Assembly: GCA_002245135.1 (NCBI GenBank)
Contig: NGBS01000593.1
Location: 62,001 to 126,000, forward strand
DNA: 64,000 nt
Origin: Proteromonas lacertae
Lineage: Eukaryota
Direction: 5' to 3'
The notes beneath the pieces are model-generated. The model was not told the origin of the DNA. It made no database searches and was given only the letters and a program-made list of their open reading frames with translations. A program made the translations under genes and the position numbers. Positions 13,563 to 26,061 of the stretch are shown here, piece by piece; within the stretch, counting starts at the first letter, position 1; every line of letters begins with the position of its first letter.

Positions 13563-16500
13563 TTATATTATTAAGGAGAGAAGTAAAACTATGAGTAACA
13601 ACAAATTCATTACTACAACATTACTATCATTTATATGATTACAAACTGTTTGTTCATATATTGTATTACATTTTCGACAATTCCATACATCTTTACCACA
13701 AGCCAATTCAGAATTATATGAAAAACAATCACTATTCAATGTACAATTTGGATAACAAATATTTTTATAACAACTTCCACTTATATCTGTTCGATATTCA
13801 CAAGGAACTCCATCAGAATTATCATATTGAATCATATTACAGGGTAATTCAGGTTGACATTGATTATTTATACATAATTCACCTTGTTGACAATTGGCAG
13901 ATACTATACAGTGTGTTCTATCAGGTAAACAATAGTTACCAACTTTATGTTCTGGAGTACAAGGAATACAAGCTCCACTAATACATTCTAAATCAACAGC
14001 ATGATTTGAAAAACAATCATTATTACTAATACAAGTTGGTCTACATATATGATTATAACATTTACCTCCACTGTTATCATTAAATATACAAGCACCTCCT
14101 TCATTATTACAGTATAATGGGATTTGACACATCAAACTATCACAAGTTTCATTATTGATACAATCAGAGGTAAAATGGCAACTATGAATTGGATTTGAGC
14201 ATACTTCATAATCAGGTAAAAAAGTGGCTGGTTCTTCATTACATATATCACAGATTTTATATATATTATTATCACCATCAGTAGTTATAGTGGTTGTAAC
14301 ATTTGTTATATTATCTTTATATATTTCTTTACATTGTAAATCAGGTTGATGATTATAGCAATCATATTGATCATTTTCTGTACAGTTATGTCTACATGTA
14401 TTATTATAACATATTCCAAATACATCAATGTTATATTCACATTCATAATCATCTTCTTTATCTACTTCACATGGAACAAATGGAGCACATTTTTTATCAT
14501 AACAATTCTCATCTTTTGCTATACAATCAGATTGAATATTACATGTTCTATCTAAATTAAAACAATAATTAGAAACAGTGATATTTGAAGGACAATTTGT
14601 TTCACAATAACCATTCTGTTGATTATAATATGTAGTAGTACATAATAACTGTGGATGTTGAGAATAACATTCAAATTGTTGTTTACAAGGAGGTCTACAC
14701 TCTAAATTATCAGAACATATTCCATCTTTACCATTAGCCATTCTACATATTCCACCTTTTACATTACATTTTAAACTTCTTTGACAGTAGAATTTATTCT
14801 CTACATAACTTATCAAACATATCTCATCTTCCAAACAATCATTTTGGAATTTACAGAACCTTTCATTGTTATTACAAACGTTATCAAATCTATTTGAAGG
14901 TGGGCAACTTATGCATATCCCTATATCTCCTTGTTCTTCATGTTTACAATACAAATCCCAATTCAATTCATCACAGACAGTCTGATTGCTACAAGATACT
15001 CTGCATATTTTATTCCTACATATTCCAGTTAGATTAAAAGCAGTATTACAAACATCATCATCATTTTCACATACACTAAATGGAAGTAATTTATTATCAA
15101 AACAATTACCTTCATCTCCTCTTGATTGGTCAGCACAATTGTCAATAGAAAATGATAAAATTGGATAAATACCTCCATAATTTATAACCCAAATATTCAA
15201 ATCCCAACTCTTTAATGTATCATTCTCATTTGGTTTTATAAAATAGTTTAAACTTTCATCATATGTATATTCTGGTAGTCCAATCAGACCAGGATATCTT
15301 CGAGGTGAAATAAATCTCCAATGCTTAGAGTAATCAAATGAAAAGTAAGGGAAAAATATTTCTATTGTTTCAGGTGTAAAATAACTTTCTGTTATTTCTG
15401 TAATATCATATAATGACATTAAAGTTGTATTTCCACCTTTTAAACCATTATATTGAGTATAATCAAACTTAGGAACACTGTCATCTAGTACTTTATTAAG
15501 AATTCCATATTCATAATTATCATAAACATCAATATAATATCTCATAGTTGAAACATGAATTCCAACTCCAGTAAATAAACCAATAAATTCATTATCAATA
15601 TTACCAGTTGAATTTCTCTTCATATTTAAACTATCAATTCTTGTATAACTATTCGATACTAATACATGATCACTTCGTGCTATAAATCCACCAAAAACAA
15701 TTGGATTATATTTAGGACCTTCAATATTTTGATAATAAATAAAACAATCATCAATTTGTGAGTTGATTAAATAACCAGCAAAACATCCATAATAATTATA
15801 ACTTGGTATTTCATCATCATTTATTATTAAGTAATTCATTGTATTATCAATTGTTTGAATAGTTATCTTATTAATCACTACAAATGATAAAGTTACACTA
15901 ACTGATATTCCATACCCAATTATTCCTCCATATATAACATTTCCACTTAAGAATATATCGTATATATGAACATAAGTAGAATCTATATAATAATCCCATT
16001 TATCAACGATTGAATTATCAGCATAACCGATTAGACCTCCACAATAATTCTTCATTTTTATATCTGTTGTTCCAGAGATGAATCCTAATGATGTTGCATT
16101 TATAAATGAATTTAGAATGTAGCCTCCTTTACTTTCAGTTATTTTACCTATTAAACCACCATATGTTACTGCTGTTGTATTATCTACATAAACACTAATT
16201 TCATTTACTCGTATTGATGTTTGATTTATTGATAAAGTACCTGTATATTCACCAAACAAAAAGCCTACTGATCTTGAATTATCAAATTGAAACCTATCGC
16301 CGAAAATGGCAAGTTGATTGATAGTACAGTTGATTCCGTATTTTGCAATAACACCAACTGGCTCAGCATCATTTGCTCTAAATTGATTCGTAATATTGAT
16401 CTTAATATTCTCGATTTTACCTCCAATTAGCTCTGAAAACATTGGCGAATTTAATTTTACATGCAATGTATATCTATTTCCAATTATTGATCCTGATGAT

Positions 16501-16661
16501 TTTATTGAGCCAGCCCAAGCTATATTATCGTCTAATCGTATATCGTTATTCAATTCACATTCATTATTAGCCAATAGACATTCACGCAACTCTTCAATAG
16601 AAGTAACTATAGTTGCTATGGACAGTGACAATGTACAGAGCAAAATAAATAAAAATTTCAT
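13563..16661 (-). CDS. Secreted, probably GPI-anchored surface protein: GLUG/beta-helix-like region plus Cys-rich repeats
   Basis: Intronless 1032 aa; N-terminal signal peptide, repeated GG[LI]IG motifs, about 500 aa of Cys-rich repeats and a hydrophobic C-terminal tail without a cytosolic segment. Confidence 0.8.
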   Translation of the reverse strand: MKFLFILLCTLSLSIATIVTSIEELRECLLANNECELNNDIRLDDNIAWAGSIKSSGSIIGNRYTLHVKLNSPMFSELIGGKIENIKINITNQFRANDAEPVGVIAKYGINCTINQLAIFGDRFQFDNSRSVGFLFGEYTGTLSINQTSIRVNEISVYVDNTTAVTYGGLIGKITESKGGYILNSFINATSLGFISGTTDIKMKNYCGGLIGYADNSIVDKWDYYIDSTYVHIYDIFLSGNVIYGGIIGYGISVSVTLSFVVINKITIQTIDNTMNYLIINDDEIPSYNYYGCFAGYLINSQIDDCFIYYQNIEGPKYNPIVFGGFIARSDHVLVSNSYTRIDSLNMKRNSTGNIDNEFIGLFTGVGIHVSTMRYYIDVYDNYEYGILNKVLDDSVPKFDYTQYNGLKGGNTTLMSLYDITEITESYFTPETIEIFFPYFSFDYSKHWRFISPRRYPGLIGLPEYTYDESLNYFIKPNENDTLKSWDLNIWVINYGGIYPILSFSIDNCADQSRGDEGNCFDNKLLPFSVCENDDDVCNTAFNLTGICRNKICRVSCSNQTVCDELNWDLYCKHEEQGDIGICISCPPSNRFDNVCNNNERFCKFQNDCLEDEICLISYVENKFYCQRSLKCNVKGGICRMANGKDGICSDNLECRPPCKQQFECYSQHPQLLCTTTYYNQQNGYCETNCPSNITVSNYCFNLDRTCNIQSDCIAKDENCYDKKCAPFVPCEVDKEDDYECEYNIDVFGICYNNTCRHNCTENDQYDCYNHQPDLQCKEIYKDNITNVTTTITTDGDNNIYKICDICNEEPATFLPDYEVCSNPIHSCHFTSDCINNETCDSLMCQIPLYCNNEGGACIFNDNSGGKCYNHICRPTCISNNDCFSNHAVDLECISGACIPCTPEHKVGNYCLPDRTHCIVSANCQQGELCINNQCQPELPCNMIQYDNSDGVPCEYRTDISGSCYKNICYPNCTLNSDCFSYNSELACGKDVWNCRKCNTIYEQTVCNHINDSNVVVMNLLLLIVLLLSLII

Positions 16662-16782
16662 TCTATTTTGACTCAGAAAATTACGTTTTGTTCATTTAAA
16701 TTTAAACAAGAAATAATAACCCAACAAGCACAAAAATAATAAAAAAATTGGTGAGTAGAGTAACAACATATAAATAACTATG

Positions 16783-18655
16783 TTAATCCGTTTTCTCATG
16801 ATCATTTGCTGGAATATATCTACTCAAAAAGGGTCTTAATATCATCATCACTGTCTCCTTATTCTGATAAACCATTTTACCAATTGCGAATAACAATGTA
16901 AACAACTATAGGAATGATATATATAATTTTCAATTCATACACATATCTTATTCAATATCAAACTAACAGGATTGTTATTACTCAAAAGAATAATAGAAAA
17001 TATTGAGCTCAATAAATAACTACCAATAATAACATAAATAAATGGAACTAATCCACCATATTGTTTTAACGGATCTTTTTGTTCGTTTAACTCTTCATAT
17101 TCATGGAATGATTTTTCTATTTCTTTATCTAATTTCTCATAGAATTGTTTAATCTAAACAATATATTAAATATATGAAATAAAAGAAAAAAAGAATATAA
17201 TTTAAATAATATATATACATCTTCTTCATTTCCTATATTCGCCATTGTTTCAAACTGTTTAATTGCTTCATCTTTTATTCTCATCGAGTGACGAATTGAT
17301 TTTGAACGATCCATAAATGGAGTTCTTGGATTTATCACTTTATCCATTTTAGCCTTGTAGATCTAATTAATAGATAATTATATAATTATAATTATATTTA
17401 TAAAATATACATTAAATGCTTTTTCAAAGGCATTGATATTATTTATCTCAGCAGTGGCTGCTAATAAGGTCTTCGCTTCAGGAAATGTGGTTTTATCTTT
17501 GAATATTTCAGTGTATTTTATAAAATATCTTGATAATTGACTGGCTGTTAATTCTTGACTGTTTATCACTTTTGGCTTTAATTTTTTAGTGAATATTTCA
17601 TTCATATAAACCTTCAATAAATTGATAAAATCGATATTTATATCACGAATATTTCCATCATACTGTTTCTTTGTTACTTTCAATCCTGGATGAGGTAATA
17701 GAAAACAAGAAATATCCTCAAAACAAGTTAATAAATGAGTTCGAGTTTCTTCCAAGTCTTTCAATTCTCGTTTTTGCAGGATTTTGTCTAAGTAAGGCTT
17801 CATTTCACTCAAACACGCTTCAACATCTGATTCATCATCGAAATTTTGCCAATCTCTTACTAACAAATCAATAGTTTGAAATGGCTTAGATCCAGATAAC
17901 TATACATTTTTATAGAATTACTAAACATACACTTCCTTGCATTGCTACTCTTCCATATTCACTGAATAGAGCTAGATGCTGTAAATTATCTTCTTGAATT
18001 CGTTTATCAATATTATATATCTCATGAGAGGATAGTAATGTTGATAAACCAAATATTGATACAGTTAACATCTGTCCAGTGTTGGAATCAAACATTCCTT
18101 GAGTATCAATCAACAAAACAGCCATTTTCCTTTCTTTATCACCAGGAATAGGTATTAAATAGGGTGTATTAAACATCCATATACCTGTAGTCTGACGTTC
18201 TGAACCAGATCTCCAAGCAAAGCCATCAGTGTTTTCTTGTGTTGTTACTAGGTTTGTGTTTAAACTACCATCTAATCGCTCTATTTTCTGAATATCAATA
18301 TCTATTAATAATATTCAATCTTCGAAATTAGAAATACCTGTTTCACCAGCTTCTAGTTTCTTTAGGTAATCAAGGAAAAAGTCCAACAAAAATGATTTAC
18401 CTGTTCTAAATGCTCCCACGACTGATAATATCGAAACTGGTATATCATCTGGTATTCTTGACATAATATCACGAAAATTATCTTCTAGCAGCTCAAATGA
18501 ATTATCATCACTGTTAATTTTTATGACCTAGGATATGACTGTTAGAAATATCAAAAATACTTGAACTGGATGTGGTTTTGGGGCTTCGGAGATTTCATCA
18601 GGGTTACCTTCTGTAACTATGATATAAGATGGTAAATATATATACCATATGACAT
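16783..18655 (-). CDS. ATL: Atlastin (ER-fusion GTPase, GBP family), multi-exon
   Basis: SVVGAFRTGKSFLLDFF, GFAWRSGSERQTTGIWM, DTQGMFD and LVRDW motifs; C-terminal hydrophobic segments. Confidence 0.9.
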
Positions 18656-18690
18656 TTAAAATTCAATTTTTAAAAAATAAAGTGAAAATT

Positions 18691-18716
18691 CTGATGTCAA
18701 AATAGATTTGAATTAA
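18691..18716. promoter_or_regulatory. Putative promoter element shared with the PP4R4-like gene
   Basis: CTGATGTCAAAATAGATTTGAATTAA here and CTGACGTTCAAAATAGATTTGAATTAA at 25875-25901; both lie just upstream of a minus-strand ATG. Confidence 0.5.
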
Positions 18717-18996
18717 TAACTAAATTTCTATAAATAAAGGGAGAAGACAATTTTTGTTAATACATTTTATTTATTCGACATGGATTATAAACGAACTTAC
18801 ATAATTGCAAATCTTTTATCTCATTATTTATTAATTTTCTCAAATATGTAGTTTTATGAAATATATTTGTGTTTGTTACGTAAAGTGATATTGTATTAGT
18901 ATATGAAGAGTGTTGTAAAAACAAAAAAGAATAAAAAAGAACAAGAAACGGATATATTTGTTTTTTTGGAGGTATTTTGTTTTTATCTTTATCTCG

Positions 18997-21978
18997 ATGA
19001 ATAAAGCCGATAAAAAAGATAATTGTACATCAAATGCAAACAATGGTACAGAGGAAGTATTGTCAAAGATTATTGATGGTTTAACTACTTCGATTAGCTC
19101 TCTTCCCAATGATCTTGATTCAATTTCTAGATATTATTACTTCTTGTTAGATAGAAGTACCGAAGGAGCAAAATTCGCACTGGAAGAGATTAAAAAAGTG
19201 ATATCAAGTAAAAAGATTGAAGATTTGATGAAAGGAAAAGCAAATGAAAAAAGACTACATGATGATGTGATTTCATCTATAGTGAACAGTTTAACATTGA
19301 ATGACTCATTTATGAGTTTCAATGAAAGTATAAAGACAAATGGCTTTCCAGAAAAGAGAATCTTTATTAGAGAATGTTACAAAGAGAAATACATTGAGAT
19401 AATGAATGATATAAAGACTTCAAAGAATGAAAATCATCATTTTATAGTGATTGGTCAAACAGGTAATGGAAATACTTCATTTGGCTATTTTATGTTAATG
19501 AATATCAAGAATGAGAAAGAAGATGTATTAAAAGGAAGAGAGATTTATTTTATAAAATCTGAAAATTCAATGGTTTATAAATATGTAAAGAAAGGAGAAT
19601 GTTTTGTATTAGAACATTTACATGATTGTGATATTAGAAATGTGAAAAATTCAATTATTATTTGTGATAGTTATGGTAATGCCTCTAGCTGATAATATCA
19701 TAATCTCCATTAGTTCTCCAAATAAAGAGTTTTATGGATATTATATGAATAGTAATTCAAAAATAATATATTTTGATATATTTAGTCCAAATGAAGTTAG
19801 AATGTGGTTTAAAACTTGTTTAAACTATGACAATGGGGTTGTTGATGAAAATGTGATAATTGATTATGGTTATAATCCTAGATACATTCACAGTCATTAT
19901 ATTTATAGAGATGTATTTCAGAGAGATTATTGGGATGAATATAGAAAGTCATTAAAGGGATTAATTGGTATTAAAAATTTTAAAGAATTTAATAATGAAT
20001 ATCTGCTCAGTGAAAGATATGAAGAGAATGAATTTATGAATTTAGTATTTCATTACAATTTAAAAGATGGCAAACCTCAAAAGTATTTGAAATTCAATTC
20101 AAAAAGAATTTCTTATGTGTTTATGAATAATATATCAAGAGAGTTTTTTGAAGAAAAAGCTGCTGATGAAAATAACTATATATATCGAATATATAAAGAA
20201 ATGGATGATGAAGAAATAAAATCATTTCTATATAAAAGTTTGGTAACATATGTAGTTGCATCCCATCCAGAAATTGTTAAAGATATAATATTATACTATG
20301 AATCTAATTGTCATGATATGAAACCTGGCTTTCGTCATTATTGTTGTATATTCGAAAAAAATCACCAAATAAAAGCACATTCTTATTATTATTTAAATGA
20401 ACAGTATGATAGATATGATTTTGTTGTAAATAATTGTATGTTTAAAATATTTTATGATGATTCTTCTATTCAAATCAATGATGATGACCAAAATAAGATT
20501 TATAATGTATGAATTATTATTGATTATATACTGTATAGAGTAATTTCTATGGAAAAGACAAAAAGAAATTAGAATCAAAAGAAGTAATAATCCAAAGAGA
20601 AGGATATGTTAGAAATGGTTTAGTAATAAATGATGAATATTTAGATAAATATTTTACTTCAAGAAAATTAAGTCAATTGAAGATCAGTGAAAATAATGAA
20701 TCTTTACCACCTGTTACTCATATAAATACTCATTCTAGGTTTTCTCCAGGAAGTGAATTTGAAGAAGAAGATGATGCAAGAGAAGATGAAGATGAAAGAG
20801 AAGATGAAGAAGATGAAGAAGATGATGAAGAAGATGAAGAAGAAGAAGATGAAGAAGAAGAAGATGATGATGATGAAGATGAAGAAGATGATGATGATGA
20901 AAAAATAAAAGGAGATGAAAGCAAAAAGAAAATCAAAAAAGAAAAACCAACCATTAGTTTAAAACCTAAAATATTCAACATAAAAATAGACAAAAATTTA
21001 ATAGTTGATATTCCATCAAAAGAAGAAAACATACCAAATGATATTGATTTGCAGTTAAATGAGATTGTCATTGATGAAAGAAATGAGATTTTATATATTA
21101 ATAAACATGAATTGGTTAATAGAGATAGCTACAAGACTATTTTGAACTTAATAAATGACAATAACAAAGGAAAGAGAAGTTTTTTGATATTTGGTGTAGA
21201 AGGAATAGGTAAAACAGTTTTAGCTTATTATTTATGTCATTATTTTAGTCATTACTTATTTTCTGACAATGATAATTACAATATGTTATTTATATCCAAC
21301 AAAAACAAGTTTTATTATGCTCCAAAAGAAACAGGTTTGTTTATGAGAATTGATACATATGAAAAAAAACAAAATGGAAAATTAGTAATAATAGCTGATG
21401 ATATAATGATAAAAAATGATGATTATGTTGATGTTGATACTGTGATTTTGTTGAGTAATCCTTACTTGAGAAAATATAAAGATTTCCAATCCAAAAGAAC
21501 TCCATTCACAATGTATATTCCTCCATTTACCGAAGAAGAAGCAAAAAAGTATTATAAAGGTGATTATGATATTGATGCTGACCAATATGGATATATTCCT
21601 GGTTTATTCATGCATGATGAAGATGAAGATGACGATTATTTTGAAGGATTAATAAATGAATATAAAAAACAATTAAGAGGGCATAATTTCTTTGAGTATG
21701 TCAAAGATGTTAATAATAATCCAGAGAATGGAGTAATTAATATGAACAATATTTACTGTTATCAGATCAAAAAAGGCGATTTAACCAAAATTAGTAGTTA
21801 TGAAGAGATATCAGAAGGTATTGGCAAAACAGTGTTTAATCATGTAATGGGTGGTGGTTTTGGACATCCAAATTTTACTACAACTAATAAGACTAGAAGA
21901 AGAAGAAGAATAGAATTTGAAATTGATGGAGATCCTTATCTTAAAGATAATAAAAGAAAGGCAGAAGAAGAAGAATGA
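18997..21978 (+). CDS. Crinkler/RHS-type protein with two P-loop NTPase domains and an acidic linker; frameshift near 19680
   Basis: IFIRECY..HFIVIGQTGNGNTSFGYF..ICD..SSPN and LYINK..FLIFGVEGIGKTVLAYY..IADD..LSNP..MYIPPFTEEE..YGYIP; a 32-nt intron at 20507-20538 joins the halves in frame. Confidence 0.65.
20761..20900 (+). repeat. GAA/GAT trinucleotide repeat encoding a Glu/Asp tract
   Basis: Directly visible in the sequence. Confidence 0.9.
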
Positions 21979-22362
21979 ATATTCATCTAAATGAAGAAGA
22001 GTAGAATAAAGAAAAACATATTAAAATTAATAATGTATATCCTGATGTTTGTTTTAATCTATAATTCATAATATAGGAATTTTGGATAATAACGAACATA
22101 AATTATCTTAGTTGTTTGGATATGAAATAAATCTAAAATTATTTAAAATCATTAATATTAATAACAGAATATGTGCAATAGTATCTAATAGCACCAAATA
22201 ATCTGATATTTATGATGTACATTTATGTTTAAATACAGTATTCGCAAAATATCCTCAAACATTTATATAAATCGATCTTTGTATTTATATTGGATTTATT
22301 CGACATGTGTATAAACAAATAATACTAAAATAAAAGTCATAATTATCTCTTTTGTTTAATTA

Positions 22363-23215
22363 TTAAAAATCTCTTTTAGATTGAATATAAACAGCAGTTA
22401 TAACAATAACAATAGCTATGTATGAGTACATATTAGCAATATTGATTGTCCAGCCAATACCATACAGTTTTGGAACAAATATTCTCCTATCTGAAGGATT
22501 GAAATATAAGACCTTCAATAAATAATACTTACTTTCATCTTCTTCATTTAAATCAACAACTGCACCTTCAGGGAGATTATTATAATATTTTGTATGATCT
22601 AAACAAATGGCTATTATAACAGCTACAAAAATAATTGTAAATGTGAAAAAAGATGGTAACATACACTTTTCATTAAATTCTGGACATTATAGGTGATTAA
22701 AAACATAACTAAAACTGATGAATTAACAAACAAAAAAAATGATATTTGTATATTGAATTTGTATATTTGGTAGTAAATAATAGCAGCAAATATATGTAAT
22801 GATGAACATAACATATAAGAGAAAGTTGTTTCTCTTTTCATTGTAGCTTCTTTATGTTCATCATTTAACCAATAACTCTTATGTGGAATGACTAATGTCT
22901 TTGTAGTCCATGGCCAGATAACTATACAAATGATATATTATAGTTAAATCATACGAACAAGCAATGTTAAGAGAGTATGAATAGATAACAAGGCTGTAAC
23001 TAAGATAAACTAAAAAATAAAAATATATTTATACTCTTCCACAATAATTATCTGGTTGAAAACGATAATTGAAGTGACAAGCACATCTTTTTGGTAAATC
23101 GTTGTAGAAATGGCCTGCTTGTAAATATAAAGCAAGATTAGATAGTATTAAAACAAATAAAACACTAAATTAAATTAAACATACACTATTTATACCAATA
23201 TTTATTATTCATCAT
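22363..23215 (-). CDS. DUF1648 + DUF5808 membrane protein, multi-exon
   Basis: N-terminal FYNDLPKRCACHFNYRFQPD (DUF1648-like), IPHKSYWL and C-terminal YFNPSDRRIFVPKLYGIGWTINIAN (DUF5808-like). Confidence 0.75.
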
Positions 23216-23294
23216 TTTTGAGACTCGAACAGATCAATGTATTTCCCAAAACAAAGAAAAATGAGTATATAGATAATAAATATAAAGTATTAAA

Positions 23295-25800
23295 TCACAA
23301 ATAACTAGATCTGGGTGTAACTTTAGCAGATAAACTAGATTTCTTTATAGGAGCTAAGCTACCAGATGAATGATCATACAAATTAAAAGATCCAAGTTTG
23401 CCAGTGCTTTTAGGTAATTTTTTGTCAATTGGCCTTTTAGGCGGAGGAGGTGCATGTTTTCTAGTTAATAAAGGTAATTTGGGTGTTAAATCTTTGAAGT
23501 CAGATGATCTATTTCTTTTACTCATATCAATTCTTCTATTTACCACTCTACTATCAGATGCACTTCTTGCACTATCTTTAGAAGAAACACGTGGGATAGG
23601 AGTAAAATGTGGAGAAGGAAGATCAACATGAACTTGATTTTCATCTGCCATTTTTTCTATTTAGATTATAAATATAAATAAATATATACTATTATCTATC
23701 AATCTATCTTCTGGAGTAAGTGATTGATTTTCTAATTGATGATCTAATTGTATAGTCTTTTCATAAATAACCTGAAAGAATTTATAATCTAAGTGTGAAT
23801 AAGTTTCATATAATTTATTAATCGTAGAAATCAAATGAGCATCTTCAGGAAATGACAAATAATGTTTACATAACGGTAATATTTTTAATATCTCTATTTT
23901 CACATCAATTACATTATCATTTCCTAATTCCAATATCATTGGTATATAATTCATTTTCATAAACTTTATACTATAATATTCAAACATACATTTAATCACT
24001 ATAATGAAACTGATTCTTTTCTTATAGCTTTCTGATTTATAATAGTCTGTATAAAGAGTATTATATATTACACTATGTAATTGCTGTTGTAAACATAACC
24101 TACTGATATGAGCTAATATCTTACAAGATATATCTCTTACTGGTTTAATACCGTTATTTATACAATTCCATATCATTGGAAGTACAATAATTGTCTGTGA
24201 ATCGATTGGAATGTATTGAATTGTTCTATCAATTTGTTCCAACATACTGTAAATGATTTGATCATAGGTTTGAATACGTTCAAAGATTTGAGGAAAGGTT
24301 TGAAGAATTGAATCGATATGTCCACTCATATCAGAATTATTGGAGTTTTTACAGGAATATATGAAACTTGAAATTGAATTAATACAAGGTATTAGAATAT
24401 CGATATTTGGATCCTGTTTTATATATAAATTATTATAATTATACTGTTAAAAATGAAATATATTTCTTTAAAATCGCAATAAAATAAATTGTATATTTTG
24501 TTAGAGTATTTACAATTCCTGTGAATATTTTACAACATTGTATTCGTGTAGATGTATCATCATCAGAGAGAAGTGCAATAAATACAGGTAATAGAACATC
24601 TAATGCAACAATAAATAATATTAAAAAATAATAAACATAAAAAAAGAAAGCAATATATATATACTTGTTGCATATGAAGCATCAGCATTCATAAAATAAG
24701 AAGGATAATTATAAATAAACAAATTCCTCATCTGTTTATCACCCTTCGATAATCCTACACAATACATTTTAAATACTTCCCTGTCATAAGGAACACGATT
24801 TTGATTGATTATATCATATAACCTACCGGAATTCTTCGCTATATTTACTTTATTTGATTTATTATTTAATAAATCTTTTATTATATCACATAAGCCTAAA
24901 GGAGTAACTTTAATGAAATATGGCAATAGTTCTAGAAAAGATTCGATTGCTTCGTCTACTACAGTAGTTTCTTCGTCTTTTAATAAGTCTGTTAATTCTC
25001 TTTTTATCCTTTCTGCTGGTTCTCCACTTGGAAAAACACCTTTTAAATATGTCAAACATTTGCTTGCTACAAATCTAACTTGAACTTCAGTATCTTGACA
25101 TAGATTCATTATGTCGTTGAAAAATGTGATGGAACAATAAGCTGGTTCAAATATTTGATGATAACAGAGTGAACTAAGGATATGTATACATTGAATTCTT
25201 TTAATTGGAGTTTCTGTGATTTTCCCACTATTTTTAGCGTATGGTATTATTGTAGACATGATGGTGGTTTTGTTATAGAGTGGAATAAGCTTGTGAAAGA
25301 ATGATAAAGCTGATAAACATGAGTCAAAATTTAAGTCTGGTGCGTTTAATATATCTATTAGAAATGTTAATAACGTTGATGCTGAAGAATTGGGGATTGG
25401 GTCTAAGTCATTTCGAAAAGTATCTAAAATGATGAGTGATATATTATTGGAAGCTTCTTTTATAATTACCAACTTTATTTGATTCAGAGAGGAAGAAAAA
25501 AGACGATCAGGATCTTCTCTAAAACAAAATTTGATATGTGTGGGTATAGTCTGTTGTTGAATCTATATGTAATTAACCATTAAATGCATTTAATAAAAAT
25601 ATATACTTTATCACCTTTGAGCATAGCTTCCAGTCTATCAAAATCATCATAAGTGTCTGATAAAGCATATTTTTCAATTTCATCTTTACTCTATTCTACA
25701 TTATTTGATAATATACCTTCTGCTTTTCTTGACTAATTTTTGCTACAGGTTTCTTCATTTCCTGTTCATACCATTCTTCTAAAAGATCGCTAAACTCCAT
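23295..25800 (-). CDS. HEAT-repeat phosphatase regulatory subunit, PP4R4-like, multi-exon
   Basis: KDEIEKYALSDTYDDFDR..LKGDKIQ N-terminus; HEAT motifs LCQDTEVQVR, LLKDEETTV and LGNDNVIDVK; basic low-complexity tail. Confidence 0.7.
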
Positions 25801-25874
25801 CTTGAAAATGGGTTATTTATATCTTATTAAATTTATATTGACGAAAACAGAGAGAATTTAAAAAAAACTGAAAA

Positions 25875-25901
25875 CTGACGTTCAAAATAGATTTGAATTA
25901 A
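25875..25901. promoter_or_regulatory. Putative promoter element (TGACG plus inverted TTCAAA/TTTGAA pair)
   Basis: Near-identical to 18691-18716. Confidence 0.5.
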
Positions 25902-26061
25902 ACTTGTTAAGTAATTGTACTTCAATTTAATTCTATTTTATGTCACTAACAAAAAATATCTGCAATAAAAGATTTCTATTGATTATCTAACCCAATAACA
26001 ACAATATAATATTCAGTGAAAAATAAATTGAAAACAAATCAATAAATTAAAATATTTCACA

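Noticed and set aside
20730..21071. Poly-Ser antisense ORF, and similar ones at 50989-52683, 6419-6802 and 13661-15168
   Set aside because: These are shadow ORFs of low-complexity or codon-biased coding sequence on the opposite strand.
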